DNA of 10,364 bases from an uncultured Defluviitaleaceae bacterium (lineage in GTDB: Bacteria > Bacillota > Clostridia > Lachnospirales > WRBF01), in assembly GCA_964516575.1 (NCBI GenBank), contig CAZEYG010000034.1:1-10364 (forward strand). The letters run 5' to 3'. Each line of letters starts with the position of its first letter. The first letter of the stretch is position 1. The notes below the pieces were generated by a model. That model had not been told where the DNA came from. It saw only the letters and a program-made list of their open reading frames with translations, and made no database searches. Made by a program: the position numbers and the translations under genes. Shown in pieces: positions 7,669 to 10,364 of this stretch.

Positions 7669-7697
7669 TTGACTTATTTGTAATTTCAGTATAAGAT
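7669..7697 (+). promoter_or_regulatory. Candidate promoter for the ABC-F leader transcript: -35 TTGACT (7669-7674), 17-nt spacer, -10 TAAGAT (7692-7697).
   Basis: Read from the sequence. It lies 30 nt after the fhs stop and about 25 nt upstream of the leader uORF. Confidence 0.4.
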
Positions 7698-7723
7698 ATA
7701 AAAAAAGACAGGGAGTTGAAAAG

Positions 7724-7744
7724 ATGCGTAACGTTTCTTGCTAA
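7724..7744 (+). CDS. Leader peptide uORF encoding MRNVSC (6 codons plus TAA).
   Basis: SD GGGAG (7711-7715) lies 8 nt upstream of the ATG. The reading frame is ATG CGT AAC GTT TCT TGC TAA. It is about 270 nt upstream of an ARE-type ABC-F gene and is followed by alternative hairpins. This arrangement is typical of antibiotic-sensing attenuators. Confidence 0.45.
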   Translation: MRNVSC

Positions 7745-7772
7745 TTAAAGGCACATATTCAAGTTTAGTTTT

Positions 7773-7947
7773 AAGCGCATAATATGCGTTTTGTCCTATG
7801 CCTTGTTTTATGGTATAGGTTAGCTAAGCTGTGCCAACGCAAGAAGGTTACTATATTCTTTTAGCTTCCGCTATACTTAAGCCATGCTTTTTTTGGCTTG
7901 GCACGGCGTATGTTAAGCTGCAAGAATTAACCTTCTTGCAGCTTTTG
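7773..7947 (+). promoter_or_regulatory. Transcription attenuator made of alternative RNA structures. It includes an upstream hairpin with a U-tract (7773-7795), a long-range helix (7828-7837 with 7898-7907), and an antiterminator (7839-7850 pairing with 7928-7939). The terminator is mutually exclusive with the antiterminator.
   Basis: GCAAGAAGGTTA (7839-7850) is perfectly complementary to TAACCTTCTTGC (7928-7939). That segment overlaps the loop and 3' arm of the terminator hairpin. Confidence 0.5.
7915..7947 (+). terminator. Intrinsic terminator of the ABC-F leader: 12-bp stem AAGCUGCAAGAA / UUCUUGCAGCUU, loop UUAACC, then UUUUGUUGUGU.
   Basis: Perfect inverted repeat 7915-7926 and 7933-7944, followed by a U-rich tract. 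It ends about 35 nt before the SD 'GAGGAGGTGG' of the ABC-F gene. Confidence 0.65.
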
Positions 7948-7994
7948 TTGTGTAAGTTTTAGGTAGCATAAAACCTTATAGAGGAGGTGGAATT

Positions 7995-9482
7995 ATGTCG
8001 CTAATAAGTTTTTCAAATATGACCTTTGCATATGAAGGCAGTTATGATAATATTTTTGAAAACGTCAGCTTTCAGATAGACACAGGCTGGAAGTTGGGCT
8101 TAACAGGCAGACATGGAAGGGGCAAAACGACCTTTTTGAGCCTTTTACTCGGAAGGTATGAGTACACAGGGACAATAACGTTTAATACTGCTTTTGAATA
8201 TTTTCCTTATGAGGTTAAGAATACTTCTGATAATGTTGTTGATATTATTGGGTTTATTTGCCCTGGATATATTCACTGGCGGCTTATGAAGGAGTTAACG
8301 CAGCTTGAAATACCCGAGGAAGTGTTGTATCGGCCTTTTTCTACGCTTTCAAATGGTGAGCAGACAAAGGTTTTGCTGGCGGCTCTTTTTCTGAAGGAAA
8401 GTAGCTTTTTGCTGATTGATGAGCCAACAAATCACCTTGACGCAAGAGGCAGGGAAATTGTAAGCAAGTATTTAAACACAAAATCGGGATTTATTTTAGT
8501 TTCTCATGACAGGGCGTTTTTGGATAATTGCATAGACCATATTTTATCAATCAATAAAACGAATATTGAAATACAGAAGGGTAACTTTTCTTCATGGCTC
8601 ATTAATAAGGAACGGCAAGATGCCTTTGAGTTAAGTGAAAACGAAAAGCTCAAAAAGGATATAGGCCGGTTGAAAAAAGCCGCTAGGCAAAGCAGTGATT
8701 GGGCCGATAAGGTTGAATCAACAAAAATCGGTAAGAAAGGCATGAGTATAGAAAAATCAGTAGATAGCCGGGCATATATCGGCGAAAAGTCACGCCGTAT
8801 GCAGCAGAGAAGGAAAAACCTTGAGCGCAGGCAGCAATCATCTATAGAAGAAAAATCCAAGCTTTTGAAGAACATTGAAAGGTCTGAAAGCCTTAAAATG
8901 CCACGGCTTGAATATCATAGGGACAGACTTGTTGCCTTAGACAGTGTTTCTGTTTTCTATGGCGAAAAGGTGGCTTGCAAAGATGTTTCCTTTACGATAG
9001 AGCAGGGTGACAGAGTTGCCTTATGCGGGAAAAACGGCTCAGGTAAATCAAGTTTATTAAAGCTGATTTGTTGTTTGGATATAGATTTCAAAGGGAGTTT
9101 TTATAAGGCAGGACAGATAAAAATATCCTATGTACCTCAGGATACATCCTTCTTAAAAGGGAACCTATCGGTTTTTGCTAAGGAATGGAATATTGATGAA
9201 AGCCTGTTTAAGGCGATTTTACGGAAGCTGGATTTTTCGAGAGTACAATTTGAAAAGGACATGGATGATTTCAGCGGCGGGCAAAAGAAAAAGGTGCTCC
9301 TTGCAAAAAGTCTATGTGAAAACGCTCATTTGTACGTATGGGACGAACCGCTGAATTTTGTTGATGTTATATCTCGGATACAGATAGAGGAGCTTCTGAC
9401 GGCTTTTAAACCTACGATACTTTTTGTTGAGCATGACAAGGTGTTTACCGACAAGATAGCAACAAAACAGATATTTATATAA
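7995..9482 (+). CDS. ABC-F family ATPase (two ABC domains, no TM domain) of the antibiotic-resistance (ARE) ribosomal-protection type. It is Lsa-like and predicted to give a lincosamide / streptogramin A / pleuromutilin phenotype.
   Basis: 495 aa. The NBD1 Walker A is 'GRHGRGKTT' and NBD2 is 'GKNGSGKSS'. Signature motifs are 'LSNGEQTKV' and 'FSGGQKKKV'. A basic inter-domain linker runs from about 'KKDIGRLKKAARQ' to 'EEKSKLLKNIERSESL'. The N-terminus 'MSLISFSNMTFAYEGSYDNIFENVSFQIDTGWKLGLTGRHGRGKTTFL' closely resembles Lsa-family proteins as I remember them. A strong SD precedes the ATG. Confidence 0.9.
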   Translation: MSLISFSNMTFAYEGSYDNIFENVSFQIDTGWKLGLTGRHGRGKTTFLSLLLGRYEYTGTITFNTAFEYFPYEVKNTSDNVVDIIGFICPGYIHWRLMKELTQLEIPEEVLYRPFSTLSNGEQTKVLLAALFLKESSFLLIDEPTNHLDARGREIVSKYLNTKSGFILVSHDRAFLDNCIDHILSINKTNIEIQKGNFSSWLINKERQDAFELSENEKLKKDIGRLKKAARQSSDWADKVESTKIGKKGMSIEKSVDSRAYIGEKSRRMQQRRKNLERRQQSSIEEKSKLLKNIERSESLKMPRLEYHRDRLVALDSVSVFYGEKVACKDVSFTIEQGDRVALCGKNGSGKSSLLKLICCLDIDFKGSFYKAGQIKISYVPQDTSFLKGNLSVFAKEWNIDESLFKAILRKLDFSRVQFEKDMDDFSGGQKKKVLLAKSLCENAHLYVWDEPLNFVDVISRIQIEELLTAFKPTILFVEHDKVFTDKIATKQIFI

Positions 9483-9503
9483 AAATTAATATTTATCTTT
9501 TAA

Positions 9504-9540
9504 GAAAGCAGCGTGTTTATATTATCAGCACGCTGTTTTT
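9504..9540 (+). terminator. Rho-independent terminator downstream of the ABC-F gene.
   Basis: Stem AAAGCAGCGUG (9504-9514) pairs with CACGCUGUUUU (9528-9538), and a 'TTTTTAATT' run overlaps and follows the 3' arm. It begins 22 nt after the stop codon. Confidence 0.7.
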
Positions 9541-9636
9541 AATTCCCTTCGTGTATATTTTATGGAAATATCCAGAAAATATAGTATGGCGGCAATTAGT
9601 TGCCGGGGTTATAAAAAACCATTGCGAGGTGGATTA

Positions 9637-10364
9637 ATGAACATATTTAGTGATATAGATGATAACATAAACTATTTGGACGAGTTATTTAAGGATTGCG
9701 GGGATATAGTAAAAAGAAGGTTCAGTGTTGGTGAAAGCAAAAACTACACATTATACATCACTTATATTGATATGTTGGCAAACCCCAGCTTTGTTAATGA
9801 AAACGTTATGAACCGGCTTATGATAGCCATACGTTCTGTCAAGGCTGTTATCCCGGCTTTAAAGGACACGATTTTTGAGGCCCTTAAGGAAGGTGGCTTA
9901 ACAACTGCCGATTTATCGGAAAAAGATACCTTTGATGACGCCGTAACGTCTATGCTTACAGGTGATACGCTGTTGTTTGTTGACGGATTCCCGAAGGTTA
10001 TTGTGCTTTCCTCCAAGGGGTTTCCCAGCAGAAGTGTGCCGTCATCTGATTCGGAGGTTGTCATACAAGGCTCAAAGGACGCTTTCAGCGAGGTATTTAG
10101 AATAAACACAATGCTTGTAAGGCGGCGAATCAGGGACACAAGGCTGAAAATTTTTCAAACAAGGGTCGGCAAGCGCAGCAAAACCGACGTAGCTCTTGTT
10201 TATATGGAGGATTTAGTAAGACCAAAAATTCTTGAGACCGCAAAAAAACGGCTGAATAACATTGATATAGACGCAATATTAGAAAGCGGGTATATTGAGC
10301 AGTTTATAGAGGATGACTGGCTGTCGCCATTTCCCCAGGTTCAAGCTACCGAACGTCCAGACAA
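9637..10364 (+). CDS. Spore germination protein of the GerA family, A subunit (GerAA/GerKA-like), N-terminal part. The 3' end lies outside the window.
   Basis: SD 'GAGGTGG' 6 nt upstream of the ATG. Frame 1 is open to the window end and is absent from the ORF track only because no stop is reached. The translation 'MNIFSDIDDNINYLDELF...TDVALVYMEDLVRPKILETAKKRLNNIDIDAILESGYIEQFIEDDWLSPFPQVQATERPD' matches the conserved N-terminal region of GerA-family A subunits. Confidence 0.8.
   Translation, partial: MNIFSDIDDNINYLDELFKDCGDIVKRRFSVGESKNYTLYITYIDMLANPSFVNENVMNRLMIAIRSVKAVIPALKDTIFEALKEGGLTTADLSEKDTFDDAVTSMLTGDTLLFVDGFPKVIVLSSKGFPSRSVPSSDSEVVIQGSKDAFSEVFRINTMLVRRRIRDTRLKIFQTRVGKRSKTDVALVYMEDLVRPKILETAKKRLNNIDIDAILESGYIEQFIEDDWLSPFPQVQATERPD

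Noticed and set aside
7884-7916. 10-codon mini-ORF MLFLAWHGVC in the ABC-F leader.
   Set aside because: No SD precedes its ATG. The 7724-7744 uORF has far better initiation signals, and the mini-ORF is most likely incidental to the hairpin-forming sequence.
8504-8875. 123-aa minus-strand ORF inside the ABC-F gene.
   Set aside because: It is antisense to the linker region of a clearly conserved ABC-F protein. The translation is Phe/Leu/Ser-rich and there is no SD.
9551-9590. Possible forespore (sigma-G/sigma-F) promoter for the gerA-family gene (GTATA at 9553-9557, A/T-rich -10 region around 9575-9586).
   Set aside because: The -10 does not match CATnnTA or GGnnAnAHTA at an acceptable spacing, so it is too weak to call without a PWM scan or expression data.
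9762-10139. 125-aa minus-strand ORF near the window end.
   Set aside because: It lies within, and antisense to, the GerA-family ORF that is open in frame 1 from 9637 to the window end and has a strong SD and conserved motifs.
1-10364. Search for CRISPR arrays, tRNA/rRNA genes, IS/transposase ends or integrase genes.
   Set aside because: No regularly spaced direct repeats with spacers were found. No cloverleaf-like or rRNA-like conserved stretches were found, and no transposase or integrase-like ORFs or terminal inverted repeats. The only tandem repeat is the 8-bp array at 5489-5536.

Overview
This looks like a low-GC Firmicutes (Clostridia-like) chromosomal segment, almost entirely coding on the + strand, with one 0.9-kb minus-strand insert. 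Left to right the window contains nine elements. (1) The C-terminal 300 aa of valyl-tRNA synthetase, followed after 27 nt by a small MGMT-fold 'alkyltransferase-like' protein. (2) A phage-shock/membrane-stress operon: pspA, a double-zinc-ribbon membrane-anchored protein, an SPFH/Band-7 protein with a C-terminal zinc ribbon, and a small 2-TM protein. Its gene content matches B. subtilis pspA-ydjGHI but the order differs. (3) A shared hairpin terminator between convergent genes. (4) Two minus-strand ORFs with no family I can recognise, separated by a perfect 6 x 8-bp tandem repeat (TACTAANN) that sits between a predicted promoter and the ribosome-binding site of the downstream gene. (5) Formate--tetrahydrofolate ligase (fhs) with a near-consensus sigma-A promoter. 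(6) A ~290-nt leader carrying a promoter, a strongly SD-preceded 6-codon uORF (MRNVSC), and mutually exclusive antiterminator and terminator hairpins. (7) A 495-aa two-domain ABC-F ATPase of the Lsa-like antibiotic-resistance (ARE) type that the leader evidently controls. (8) A rho-independent terminator. (9) The N-terminal 242 aa of a GerA-family spore germinant receptor A subunit running off the window. No rRNA, tRNA, CRISPR array or transposase is visible. The most interesting elements are the uORF/attenuator riboregulator ahead of the ABC-F gene and the uncharacterised two-gene minus-strand insert with its repeat.
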